From: Octopus vulgaris
Taxonomy: Eukaryota
Length of the DNA stretch: 64,000 nt
Direction of reading: 5' to 3'
Assembly (NCBI GenBank): GCA_951406725.2
Contig: OX597819.1
Coordinates: 90,272,001-90,336,000 of the forward strand
A program made the translations under genes and the position numbers. This document shows positions 12,426 to 24,932 of the stretch, piece by piece. How positions within the stretch are numbered: position 1 is the first letter of the stretch; each line of letters begins with the position of its first letter. The notes below the pieces were generated by a model. The model had not been told where the DNA came from and searched no databases. It saw nothing but the letters and a program-made list of their open reading frames with translations.

Positions 12426-13412
12426 CCCTTGTATTGATATCATGTGGTGGTCATGAAATGAATATGTTGTTCCTTCCCAGCCTTCAGTGAAAAATATGTC
12501 TGGCCATGAGAAATGTTTTTTTATTTGGGTTCATGATAGGAAGGGCATGTGATTGTTGAAAATCTGCCTCAACAAATTTCGTTGGACCCATGTAGGCTAG
12601 GAAAAGTGGATGTTAAATGGTAATGATTACAGCGACAACATCTATGCCACATTTTAAAGAATGTCTGCAGACTGACCCTTTCAAAACATGTCTACAACCC
12701 TTTATTGTGTTGAATTTTCTCTGCCACTTTTATCTGTACAGCAACATACTCTGATGATAAAGGCTTAAGTAGAAAGTTTTAATTTAATCATAGATGTTTA
12801 CTGGTTACCTATGCTAATAGTGATTGTTACTATTATTATGAACTTTTTGGAATAGAGTTAAGTTTCCTACAAGTTGGCTCTATCACAAAAATGCGTTTTA
12901 AAATTGTATGTATGTCATAATTTCTAGCTTTCTTTATAAAACTATAAAGTTTCGTTCATAAATAAGAAACAGTTTACAGAACAGAAGTAAATTTTTTGAA
13001 AGTTTGGTCTGTTTAGATAGCTTTCTGGATGTTGTAAAGGATTTAGAGATTGAACATATTGTACCCATCCAAAAGAAATCATACTGTTTAATCCTTTTGA
13101 TACCAGTTCACCTGAGAATATTCTTGGTTCTGTTATATAAACTTCCTATTTTAAAGTAATCTAAATTTAAAACTTCCATCAACATTTCACATTAATTTAT
13201 GTTCCAAACACCAGATTTATAATAACAGTTACTTTACTAAATTCTTCAATATGAGAAAGAAGCCATAGTTTACGTAGCAGAGATGGTGTTGCTCAATAAT
13301 AATGGGGCAAAACAGGTTGACACAACAGAGGGTCCCCTTAAGATCAAGCTGAATAATCAGATACTCTTTAAGAATCCAAGAGAAGCACAATGTTGTAGCT
13401 TTAGCCAGCTAT

Positions 13413-14331
13413 ATCATCATCATCATCATTTAACGTCCGCCTTTCATGCTAGCATGGGTTGGACGATTTTGACTGAGGGTGGGCAAACCAGAAGGCCACA
13501 CCAGGCTCCAATCTTGATCTGGCAGAGTTTCTACAGCTGGATGCCCTTCCTAACGCCAACCACTCTAAGAGTGTAGTGGGTGCTTTTTACATGCCTCCGG
13601 CACGGGGCCAGTCAGGCAGTACTGGCAATGACCTCGCTCGAATCTTTTTACACATGCCAGCAGCACAGGTGCCAGTAAGGCGACGTTGGTAATAATCACG
13701 CTTGAATGGTGCCCTTTTACGTGCCACCGGCACAGAGCCAGTTGGCTGCTCTGGCAATGATCACACTCGGATGGTGCTCGTGGCACCCTACTAGCACCAG
13801 TAAAGTGACACTGGCAATGATCACACTCGGATGGTGCTCGTGGCACCCTACTAGCACCAGTAAAGCGACACTGGTAATGATCACACTCGAATGGTGCCCT
13901 TTTATTTGCCACTGGCATGGAAGCCGGTTAGCCGCTCTGTCAACGATCACCCTCGTATAGTGCTCTTTGCACCCCGCTAGCATGGATGCCAGTCGTCGAA
14001 TTTGATTTTGATTTCACTTGCCTCAACAGGTCTTCGCAAGCAGAGTTTAGTGACCAAAGAAGGAAAAGGTACGCATAAGTGGGCTGGTTACGCTCCTGGC
14101 ATAGGCCACATGTTATGGTCTCATTTCATAGGCTGCAGGTTATGGTCTCATTTGGCTTGCCGGGTCTTCTCAAGCACAGCATATTTCCAAAAGTCTCGGT
14201 TGCTTGTCATTTCCTTGGTGAGGCCTAATGTTTGAAGGTCATGCTTCACCACTTCATCCCAGGTCTTCCTGGGCCTACCTCTTCCACAGGTTCCCTCAAC
14301 CGCTAGGGTGTGGCACTTTTTCACACAGCTA
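13413..14331 (-). mobile_element. RTE LINE 3' end (ORF C-terminus, repeat-containing 3' UTR, (GAT)n tail)
   Basis: VEGTCGRGRPRKTWDEVVKHDLQTLGLT...WKYAVLEKTRQAK*; tail ...GGACGTTAAATGATGATG. 60-bp tandem units at 13751-13870. Appears nested in a TTAA-type MITE (~13089-14412). Confidence 0.9.
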
Positions 14332-14730
14332 TATATAGTGATTAAAAGAAGCAATGCTGTACAAAATTAGGTGTTGTATGTTAACAGAGATCTGGTTACA
14401 AAAGGGTTGTTAAATTCCTGTCTTAAGTGGTTTTCTCTTTGGGGGTTGGATTTTGTCCAAAACCTATGTAAATAAATTGAGGTCTTTTCAATGAAATGCT
14501 ACTACAATCAATAGAGAAACTATAGTATATTGAAAAAAGATGTTTGTAAATTGGAAAATAGATCACTTCAATCAATTAACATGAAACGTTATTAGCCGTG
14601 TTCCAAAACTATCTAACTATATACAAGTACTCTTTGATGTGAAACTAAATAGACAAATAAAATGGGTCAAAGTAACTCTTCTACCAATATGCTGCAATAG
14701 TTTTAAATCCTGATTTCTTTATTTTATTTA

Positions 14731-14762
<32 letters not shown>

Positions 14763-14789
14763 TTGTGTGTGTGTATACATGTATGTATG

Positions 14790-14845
<56 letters not shown>

Positions 14846-14951
14846 AAGATGTGATCAGACAGATTTTAATTAACTACGATTCTTCAAATGAAGGAATGGT
14901 AATTGTTGTCATATAACAAACATCTTCAACTTTTTTCATTTCATATATATA

Positions 14952-15015
<64 letters not shown>

Positions 15016-15114
15016 CATGGGGGGGTTGTGTTTTTTGTATAAATATGTATATGTAGAGATGTACATGTATATCGTTATGTACATATATGTATGTATATGT
15101 ATATACATGTGTAG

Positions 15115-16576
15115 TAGGGTGGAAACAACACATTCATCAAAAGAACATTCATGGAGAACACACTGGTTGAAAACATACTGTTCAAAAGATAAAGTGACCA
15201 AAATATAGTTGTTGAAAGTGAAATTAGCCAAAATATATATTCATAGAAAAACAGATTGGTCAAAAGACAAATTGATCAAAAGCATATTATAAGATGAGAA
15301 CATGACAGTGAAGTTGCCAGTATATAATAAGGATAATTCCTTATCTCAGAAATTCAAGCAAAATTTAAAAGAATAAACATGAATGTTCTAACTTCTTTAC
15401 TGGTCATAGCCATAATAATTGCTAACAGTGGCACACAACTATTATAGCAATGAGTAATCAAATAGCCCTCTGTCAAAAGTAATGCTTATTTATTCACATT
15501 GTTTTGAATTAATCATGCATTATCTTGTAGCTTGTATTTTTAGAATGACATTACAGGGTAGGTGTAAGAGGCTAGATATGGCCAGTTTGAACATAAAACA
15601 TGCAGAATTTTTGGACCAGATATGGCTGGTTTATAATGCTAAAGGGTTAGACCTGCCAAATAATTTGAGTGATATTTAATTCATTGACCCATGAAAGATG
15701 ACAGGCATTGTTGACAATGGTTGGATTTGATCTCAGAATCAAATGCCACAAACTATTTCGTTCCATGCTCTATGAGTTCATTACCCATTGATCTTGAATT
15801 ATTATTTACAACAGAATCACATGACCAGAACAGTTCCATGGATACTGGTACTTGATCGATACTTAAGCAGTCAAAATCAATTAATTCAGCATGTTTTTCT
15901 GAAAGACACGCATGATTTATTGATGTGAATGACCTACCTAATGCTTTGATTGATACTTAATTCATTAACCATGAAAGATGACAAGCAAAGCTGACAATGA
16001 CTGGATTTGATCACAAAAGCTAGGTCCCACAGACTGAGTTCATTGACCATCACTCATCATCCTTGTAATAATTGTTTCCAACAGAAGTACAAAACCAGAA
16101 TAATTTTATGGATACCAGTACTTGACTGACACTTAAACAGTCAAAATCAATTAATCCAGCATGTTTTTCTGAAAGACTTTTACGATTTTGTGACATGAAT
16201 GTCCATATTTAATGGCTATCACAAACATCTTCCTAAGCCAGACATCAAATTTGTAGTTTATACATAATCTATTTATTCTAATTTACATAGAAACAATTTC
16301 CAAAGTTTAAGACATTAAAATATATGACATTTCATTTAAATATCAATAAATGATTGCACTATGTTTTGTATATTTCTATAACTATTTCTTTGAAAAGTAT
16401 TGAAATTTCAATTGATATTACACCTTTTCTTTAACTAATGTGTTCTTAATCAGTATGTGTTTCGGTCAATTTGTCTTCTACAAACATCTCTTTCCACTAC
16501 TTTGCCTTTGGGTCAATATACTTTCAATCAATGAATGTGATGAATGTGCTTTTGACAAATATGTTCCAAGAGCCTA
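15115..16576. mobile_element. Old foldback-like element with inverted arms made of ~15-bp subrepeats
   Basis: 15115-15305 (e.g. GGTCAAAAGACAAATTGATCAAAAGCATATT) is a diverged reverse complement of 16430-16576 (e.g. GTATGTGTTTCGGTCAATTTGTCTTCTACAAAC). Confidence 0.5.
15664..16204 (+). repeat. Diverged tandem duplication, ~270-bp unit
   Basis: 15664-15934 vs 15946-16204 share CATGAAAGATGACA and CAGTCAAAATCAATTAAT(T/C)CAGCATGTTTTTCTGAAAGAC. Confidence 0.85.
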
Positions 16577-16658
16577 TTTCCGCATATGTATCTGTGTATA
16601 CACACATGTACTTATATATGTGTGTATATACTATGTATATATAATATGTGTGTGTGTT

Positions 16659-16694
<36 letters not shown>

Positions 16695-16719
16695 TTTCAG
16701 ACACATTTTTCCCACCACT

Positions 16720-16782
<63 letters not shown>

Positions 16783-17054
16783 ATACATACATATATATAT
16801 GGTTCAAATGTACAGAAGACAAAAGACAGAGACAGTGAGGGAATAACAAGCAGGTGTATTAGTTTGATACTCAGTAAAAATGGGAAAGCCTTTGACATTG
16901 TGTGTCAATGCTCTTTGACAGAAAGGGATAAGAGGTAAAAATGGGGAGAGAGAGAGAGAGAGAAAATGTGTCGGTTTTAGCGGTTCCTCATGTTGAGATA
17001 ACTGGAAGAAAGATTATATATATACACACAAAAGGTAGGTATAGTGGTTTACTC

Positions 17055-17202
17055 TTAGCTAAGGTATCTCTCTTGCTGTTGCCTCACCAGGATGACTTGC
17101 ATCTGTGGTACCTCTTTCAGGCCTAAAACCAAACTGCATTTCATCAAGTCTGACTCTATTCTTGGTCAATTGTGCTATGATCCCCTCCGTGGCTTTCATA
17201 GC
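17055..17202 (-). mobile_element. RTE RT fragment
   Basis: NRVRLDEMQFGFRPERGTTDA motif. Confidence 0.8.
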
Positions 17203-17643
17203 CTGTGTGTGTGTGTTTGTATGTGTGTGTGTGTGTGTGTGTGTGATGCTTGTCACTATATGAATGAAATGGTGATGATATTGATAACCCTTAGTAATAT
17301 TATCATTGGTCACTCTGCACTTCCAAATCCTCTGGTATATTAAAATCTCTTACCTGAAAACATGTACAGGTTAGCAAGAGCAAGAGCATTCAGCTGCATA
17401 TCTTACTTGAGATGACTCCTGAACTAAGTTCTGCATGCATGAAAAAAAGCAAGTGTACAAATGAACTAAATGTACATGCATGTGTGTGTGTGCATGTGTG
17501 TATGTGTGTGTAATCTGCTGATTACAACAAATTTATAATTGCAACATGTATGGAGCAAGTTTCATATTATCTATGTAATACTCTGCTGGCTTGCAGAGTC
17601 ATTTTCACAGCCTGTGGTTTTGTTATTCCAAGAAAAACCATAA

Positions 17644-17687
<44 letters not shown>

Positions 17688-17845
17688 CATTATGTACATG
17701 TGTATATACACACATATATAGATATGTATGTATGTCTGTGCATGTAGCCTTTATGTTTCTTTCTTTAACAGCCTATTTGTCTGTCTGTTAGCATTTCCCC
17801 AGAACTTTTTCACTCTCCATTCACTTCAAATACATTTTTCCCACC

Positions 17846-17895
<50 letters not shown>

Positions 17896-17999
17896 CATAC
17901 ACATACACACTCACCTACACATCACTTCAATATTTATTTCATTTTATTTATATATATATTCTATAAATGTTTCTGGTTATTCACTACCCTGTGACATTG

Positions 18000-18180
18000 T
18001 GAAGCCATTTATTAAGATTTCCAGACTCATTTTGAATGTATATTTTTCACATATCCATTTGTATAATATGTATTTGCTTCATTCTATGTGTTGCTGTTGT
18101 GTTTTGATGAAGGAAACATTACTCTTACCAATAAAAGACACATTGATTTTCACCTGAAAATGTTTTGCAACACAATAATA
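18000..18180 (+). mobile_element. PLE 3' remnant (GIY-YIG C-terminus plus degenerate HHR)
   Basis: EA..FIKISRLILN-like frame at 18001-18036, then GTGTT-TTGATGA-AGG...CCT-GAAA...AACAC (18099-18173). Confidence 0.45.
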
Positions 18181-18754
18181 CTTCAAAGTTCTAAATAAAT
18201 ATTTAAAAAAAACAACTCTAAATATTTTACTTTTTATTTATTATTCATTCTTTTTGTTATATATTAATCATTTAAAAAAGAAAATTAAATATCTTACCCA
18301 CTTCTCTTGCCCTACCCATTCAACATCCCACCCAGAATCTAATTTCCGCGGGCAATCAATGAATGTAACTATTTCATCTTTATTAATGTCTTAAATCAAA
18401 ATTTTACATTCTTTTGTGGAATATTTTGTTATTGTGTTAACAAATACCTTATTGGAATTGTTTCCCCTAAATATTAAATTTATTGCTAGCATATGATTTT
18501 GTTTATATGCTTTAGTTCAGAGAAGGAAGTGTAGTACAATGAATGTTTTGCAAGGCCATTTTGGTTACAGGCAGGAGAAAACCACTCCCTCTAACCAGTC
18601 TGAGTTGTTATTATAGAAAGTAATATATCAAAGTGCTATTTATTCTTAGGGGAGAGATCTGGTCAAAGTCTTCCTAAAAATTCCACCTCTTCTAAAGGTA
18701 CCCAAGGACCAGATGGTGGGATTTTACCAAGCTATGAATTAAATTTCTCTCTCC

Positions 18755-18799
<45 letters not shown>

Positions 18800-18803
<4 letters not shown>

Positions 18804-19640
18804 TGTCATACCTCCAAGCCTTCCTGTCTCTCACACACAACTTTATCTGGTCAGTTTTTCTGAAGTCAGCTGTTAAAGGCCAAAGAGTATTGTCCTTCTC
18901 TTCCTTTCAGCTCCCCAATTGTCACTAAGTGTTCAGGGTTTTTTTCTTCTCATACTGTATCCTATTAATTGAACCTGTTGTTTCCTTACATTGATGGGAA
19001 ACCTGGTGATCTTTGCTTCTTTAAAGACCTCAATGTTTGTCACTCAAATCATATAAAACATACTTAACATTCTTCTAAAAGAACCATATTGCTGCAACAC
19101 TGATAAACCTTTGTAGTTTTCTATTGGGATTAAGTCTACTACCCCAAAACAATATCCATCTGAATGGCTTCAACATAGCCAGACATGGATAAAGGCAAAG
19201 CCATCAGAAGCTGCAGTCCAGATCCCACTCCTAGAAATTAAGTGTAAACTTGTTTAATTTCTGAATGCTAAATAATCTTTTGTAAGACATGTTTCAGTTA
19301 ATACACTATATGGTTTTGCCAGTCAATGTTGAAACCAAGGTCTATTGTCTATAGCCTGCCACATTGCTTAATCCAATACAATTGCAAACAGGTAAGGTGC
19401 AAGCATGTCTTCTTGTAGCATCCCAGCTAGCATTTAAAAGAACTCCATTTCTCTATCAGATGCCAACAAACAAGCTTTAGTCTTCTCATAAGCCTTTGCA
19501 ATGGCAAGAACTAATACTTCTGGAATGCTATATGCTTGAAGGATCTTTAACATTTTGTCATGGTGGATGCTGCCAAAGTCCACAAAAGTTATAATGGCAT
19601 GTGACTGTCTTGATTTAACTCCTTCAGAGCTAAGATCTGA
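18800..19640 (-). mobile_element. RTEX-like LINE RT remnant
   Basis: Minus frame FVDFGSIHHDKMLKILQAYSIPEVLVLAIAKAYEKTKA...AGMLQEDMLAPYLFAIVLD (degenerate GVLQGDTLAPYLF). Confidence 0.75.
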
Positions 19641-19716
19641 GATGTGGATCTCCCTGGTATAAATTTATTTTGATTTGATAACCAGATGGTGGTATTTAAC
19701 CAAGCTGCGAATTAAG

Positions 19717-19773
<57 letters not shown>

Positions 19774-19774
19774 G

Positions 19775-21134
19775 ATCAAAATAAAAACATGATGCGAAGG
19801 ATTCAGCGGTACATATGTTTCGGGCCTTTATTAGACAGATTTATAACAATGCATAATGTATGTCTGTGGCCTTCTTCAGCCGCGCACAACAGCTTCCACA
19901 AGGACATGTGTTACATCAAAAATTCTTGGTTAGGGATGCAAATCCTCCCATTCGCGTACGACATAATGCGGCAGCAGCATAGAATTGAAGCGTCCATCTC
20001 TTTCTTCTCTCAATGTAGGATGAGGAAAAATGGATGTTGAAGTAATGTAAATAAATAAATACATGTATATACGTGAAGATGGAGGGGCGAGAATTCAGGA
20101 CGAGGGATAAAAAATGTATAAAAAGTGTAAGTATAGAAAAATATAAAAATGTAGAGCATAAAGATATAAAGAGATATAAGGAGATGTAAAGGGGGTATAA
20201 AGAATATAAAGAAATATAAAGAAATATAAATAAATGTAAAGGCATAAGGTTATAAAGTAAAAATAGAAATAGAAATAAAAATAAAAGTAAAAAAACATGA
20301 TAAAAATGTAACAAACTATAAAAAAATATAAAGATAAGGGATGTAAAGAGGTTAAGGACCAAGCATGGTGGTCAGGAGATTGATAAAATTTAGTTGTAGA
20401 ATTGTCAGTAAATCAACAGTTTCGTCTGGGGACCTAATGCGTTGTAAATCAGAGCTGTTGAGCGTTTAATCTGGTTCCTTGAATTATTTGGACTTCTAGT
20501 ACATACATACCAACATGGATACATACACCCATATACACGCGTACATATACGCCTCCAAGCCTATAAGCATACACACGCACTCGCGTGTAAACATGCATAT
20601 AAACACACACACACCCACACGCACGTGCGTACACATACATACATACAACAGAATATCCGCATGTATACACGGACACTATACGTGTACACACTCACATGTA
20701 CATACGCGCGCCCATCCCTACATACACACACGCATATGCCCACGCTTCCAGGTCTAGATATAAGATATTAAAGGATGTATATAAGAGCACATGTAAGGAA
20801 TCACGTCTATGCGTGCACGCACACACGGCTGTGTGTACGTATGTGCGTGCACACATACACCTACACACACACACAGAGACATATGGGTATAGCTATAAGA
20901 TATCAAAATATGCATGTACATATATGTATGTATGCGTATACATACGTACACGGACGCTCGTATAGTCAAAAGTAGATCTATAGGTAAGTAAATAAACATA
21001 TATAGAGATGTAAAGCGATAAGTTAGAGGTAAGAATGAGGGTAAGGGTAAAAATTAGAAATAAAAGTAAGAAATATAGTATAAAATAAGAAATACAATGT
21101 AATAGTTAGAAATGAAATATAAAAATTATAAAAA
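19775..21134 (-). mobile_element. ~1.36-kb non-coding, CpG-rich, HHR-bearing insertion (non-autonomous PLE/retrozyme-like)
   Basis: Flanked by (TA)n-AAATTG on both sides (ending 19774 and 21160). Contains an intact HHR, two purine-rich tracts and a CpG-rich alternating purine-pyrimidine tract. Confidence 0.55.
19806..19883 (-). ncRNA. Type I minimal hammerhead ribozyme, intact
   Basis: Minus strand: GCGG-CTGAAGA-A-GGCC...GGCC-C-GAAAC-ATAT-GTA-CCGC. Stem I GCGG/CCGC, stem II GGCC/GGCC, palindromic stem/loop III ACATATGT, GUA cleavage triplet. Confidence 0.85.
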
Positions 21135-21756
21135 TATATATATATATATATATAAAATTGTATGATTATTGCTCATTTCTTGTAAACATTACTGGGAAAA
21201 TGAACATTTTCTAGTAGAAGTGAACACTTTCTGGAAGAAATGAATGCTTTACGGTATATTAGAAGCAGGTGAAACGTCTAAAGAGTGTTCACAGGCTGAC
21301 AATGTCACAAGAATGACTAAAACAGTCTTCCTGTCATGGTAGTTGGAAATCATGTTCTTGAGAGTCCACATTCTCAAGAATCGGGTTTCACACATATCTT
21401 ATTTCCTTAATTTCTCTTAATAGTGTACAGGCATGTCCCCTGCATCCTTCCCCAGCTGAATGTTCCTAATCTTGTGGACTCTTGTGTGCTGGTGCCATGT
21501 AAAATGCACCCATGCTGGTGCCATGAAAACTCGCGCATGCCAGTGCTGCATAAAAGTACCCAGTATACTCTGTAAAGTGGTTGGCATTAGGAAGGGCATC
21601 CAGTCATAGAAACCATGCCAAAACAGACATGGAACCTGGGCAGCTCTTCAGTTGGCTAGCTCTTGTCAAACTGTCCTACCCATTCCAGCATGGAAAAATG
21701 GACGTTAAATGATGATGAGGATGATTGTGATGATGATGATGATGATAGTGGTATCA

Positions 21757-21991
21757 CAATGTAGGACTAAGAAAGCGAAAAGTACAATGTAGGGCTGGGA
21801 GAAAAGAGACACATTGTAGGAGTAGGATAAGGAAATGCACGTTGTAAGACTGGAAAAAGAGGGAGAATATTCTAAAGCAGGGAGAAGAGGGAGCACATGT
21901 AGGGCTAGGAGAAGAACTGTACATTAGAGAACTGGGAGAAGTAGGAGCCCTCTGTCAGACTGGAAGAAGGGGCCTGCTCATTGTAGGACTG
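21757..21991 (+). repeat. Degenerate ~28-bp minisatellite
   Basis: About 8 units similar to ACA(A/T)TGTAGG(A/G)CTGGGAGAAGAGGG. Confidence 0.65.
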
Positions 21992-23255
21992 ACCAAGGAT
22001 GTTGAATATCCTGGCACCATCCTTGTCTGAATATTGAGAATCAAAATTGCCATCAATATTTCTGTCATTTCAGCAGTGACTGAAATTCCTACAATCCAAT
22101 TTGAATTTTAGCCCCAAATCCCTTTACAAGAAGATTAAATCCTTTATCAGTTTAGTTTTCTATATTTTACTTCCCATCCTTAACCAGCACATTGTATACT
22201 CTTGGTAAACATATCCTATTTTCCTCTTAAATTTCTCCCTTTGTGAATACATATCAACTGATGTGAATATTTGTTAGGAAGCATTTATGAATATAAAACT
22301 AAATCTAAATCCTAAATCTGCCTCAATCTAAGCAAAGGTTCTCACCTGCTATCCTCACAGGTTATGTTTATGTGATGTATTTACATGTTATGATCACATT
22401 AAAGTTTTATTCAGAGCAATATAAAGACATAGATTATCAATATCTGTATCTGTACAAGAGCTACAATTAAAGTGAAATGATGTAAAATAAATGTAAACTG
22501 AATTTCAATAGAATGTAATTCCTTTTGTAATTCTCACGAAATGTTTTTATGAAAATATGAAATAGCTTTGTAATCTTATTCTTTGATTATATATAAATGG
22601 AACCTTCTGGATTTTAATCTGTGATAAAAGCATTACCAAATGAAATAGCTTTATTTGTCACGACAAAATCTATTTCTAATCTTCCTAGAATATTTTGATC
22701 CAATTAGTCTTCCTTTTCTTCTACTTTCTTCTTTCTCCTCTTTTTTTCTTCTTATCTCCCTCCACTTCTATTTTTTTATCCTTTTCTCTTTTACTAAATT
22801 TATTTCTATTTTTTTTCTTTTTCTTCCTCTTCATTTATTTTTTTTATTTTTCATAGTTCTTTCAAGAGTATTATCATAATTTTTTCTAATTTTGGTACAA
22901 GCCAGCAATTTTAGGAAAGGGTGAGGAAATCGATTACATCAACTCCAGTACATAACTGGTACTTATTTTATCAGCCTCAAAAGGATGATAAGCAAGGTTG
23001 ACCGTGACAGAATTTGAACTCAGAATGTGAAGAGACAGAAGGAATGCCAACAGTATTATCATAGTAAATGCATTTTTACAGTAAATAGTTTAATCTCTCT
23101 AAGTTCTAAGTTTCAATTCCATAGGCTGAACTAGAATGCTCAAAGTTTCAGAGAACCAGTTATATCGTATAAGAGAATTATATTGCACTAACCATCAAGA
23201 TTTTAGCAATTTCTTGGATAGGCATTAAGGTATTGGAAATACATAATTATACATG

Positions 23256-23313
<58 letters not shown>

Positions 23314-24001
23314 GACTGCAGCCATGCTGAAGAGTTTTAGTTAAATGAATTGAGCCAAGCCAAACCATCCCTGCCCCGCAATAATTATGTTTTTGTAAGC
23401 CTGGTATTTGTTCTATCAGTCTCTTTTGCCAAACTGCTAAGCCATGGAGATGTAAACACACAAACACCAGTTGTCAAGCACTGGTGGGAAACAAATACAG
23501 ACTCGAAGACATACACACACACACACGTGTATGTGATAATGGCATGAAATTGTAATGATCTTTTGGGCATTGACTGATGAGGAATTAGTTGCGAATTTTC
23601 CATTTGTTATGTCTTTGTTAAATCCTTGAAATATGTGTGTACACACACACACAATGGCTTCTTTCAGTTTCTGTCTGCGACGTCAACTCACAAGGCCGAA
23701 GGCTATAGTAGGAGATACGTGCCCAGGGTGTTATGTAGCGGCACTGAACCCAGAACCATGTAGTTTGGAAGCGAACTTCTTACCACATAGCCATGGCTGC
23801 ACCCAGTACACTCTGTAAAGAGAGTGGTATCAGGAAGTGCATCCAGCCATAGAAACCAAGCCAAATCAGACTGGAACATAATGCAGCATTCCTCCTTTCC
23901 AGCTCTAGTCAAGCTGTCCAACCCATGCCAGCATAGAAAATGGACGATAAAGGATGATGATGATGTGTGTGTATGTATATACATATATGTATGTATGTAT
24001 T

Positions 24002-24041
<40 letters not shown>

Positions 24042-24263
24042 GGCATGGCTGTGTGATAACAAGCTTGCTTCCCAACCATATGGTCCCAGATTCAGTCCCA
24101 CTGCATGGCACCTTAGGTAAGTGTCTTCTACTATAGCCTCAGGCTGACCAAAGCCTTGTGAGTGAATTTGGTAGACAGAAACTGAAAGAAGCCTATCATA
24201 TCTCTCTCTCTCTCTCTCTCTCTACATATATATATATATATAAAGGTTCAGTAAATTGTATTG

Positions 24264-24866
24264 AACCTTCAAATTTTAATATGCTAGACCACTGGTGTTA
24301 AATTGATGTTAATTAAATTAATATCCAATTTTTCACCCTCATTTTAAATTTAAATTAATACGTTCTCTAAACAACAAAAGCCACTGCAGTAAATTATTTT
24401 CTGCAGTATTATTTCCGGTAATTTAGCACACCAAAACAAAGACTTTTGAAAAATAACCACAAGTGTAATAGGTAGAACTAGATACATGTGCAACCTCATG
24501 CAGACGTCTCGTGTATAGTTCTGAAAATTATATTTGTATTGCCGATCATACTGAAGGTCTACGGACAAATTGCGTAAGTAAAATTACGTAATCTGTTAAT
24601 AATGAAACATGTTTGTGATTAATCTATATTTTTGTTACTTTTCATTTGTCTTGCTCGCTTACGTTCTGGTGTTTGCTAAATTTTCTTGAGAACATTTCTT
24701 AGTGGTAAGACCATAGTGGATCTACTTCTAGCATAAGAGTTGTCCACATAGTGATCATCCCTCTCATATGTATATAATATAATTTACTAAACCTTCAGAT
24801 TTTAATATGCTAGACCACTGGTGTTAAATTGATGTTAATTAACTTAATATCCAATTTTTCATCCTC
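24264..24866 (+). repeat. ~77-bp direct repeats enclosing ~450 bp
   Basis: AACCTTCA(A/G)ATTTTAATATGCTAGACCACTGGTGTTAAATTGATGTTAATTAA...TTTTTCA(C/T)CCTC at 24264-24340 and 24790-24866. Confidence 0.9.
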
Positions 24867-24932
24867 GGCCATGCTTTTTATGTGCCACCGACACAGGTGC
24901 CAAACGAGGCTGGCAAACGGCCATATATATAT

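Noticed and set aside
23573-23640. CTGATGAGG...CCTTGAAA as a hammerhead
   Set aside because: Runs into a TG microsatellite with no stem III, cleavage triplet or stem I; at best truncated.
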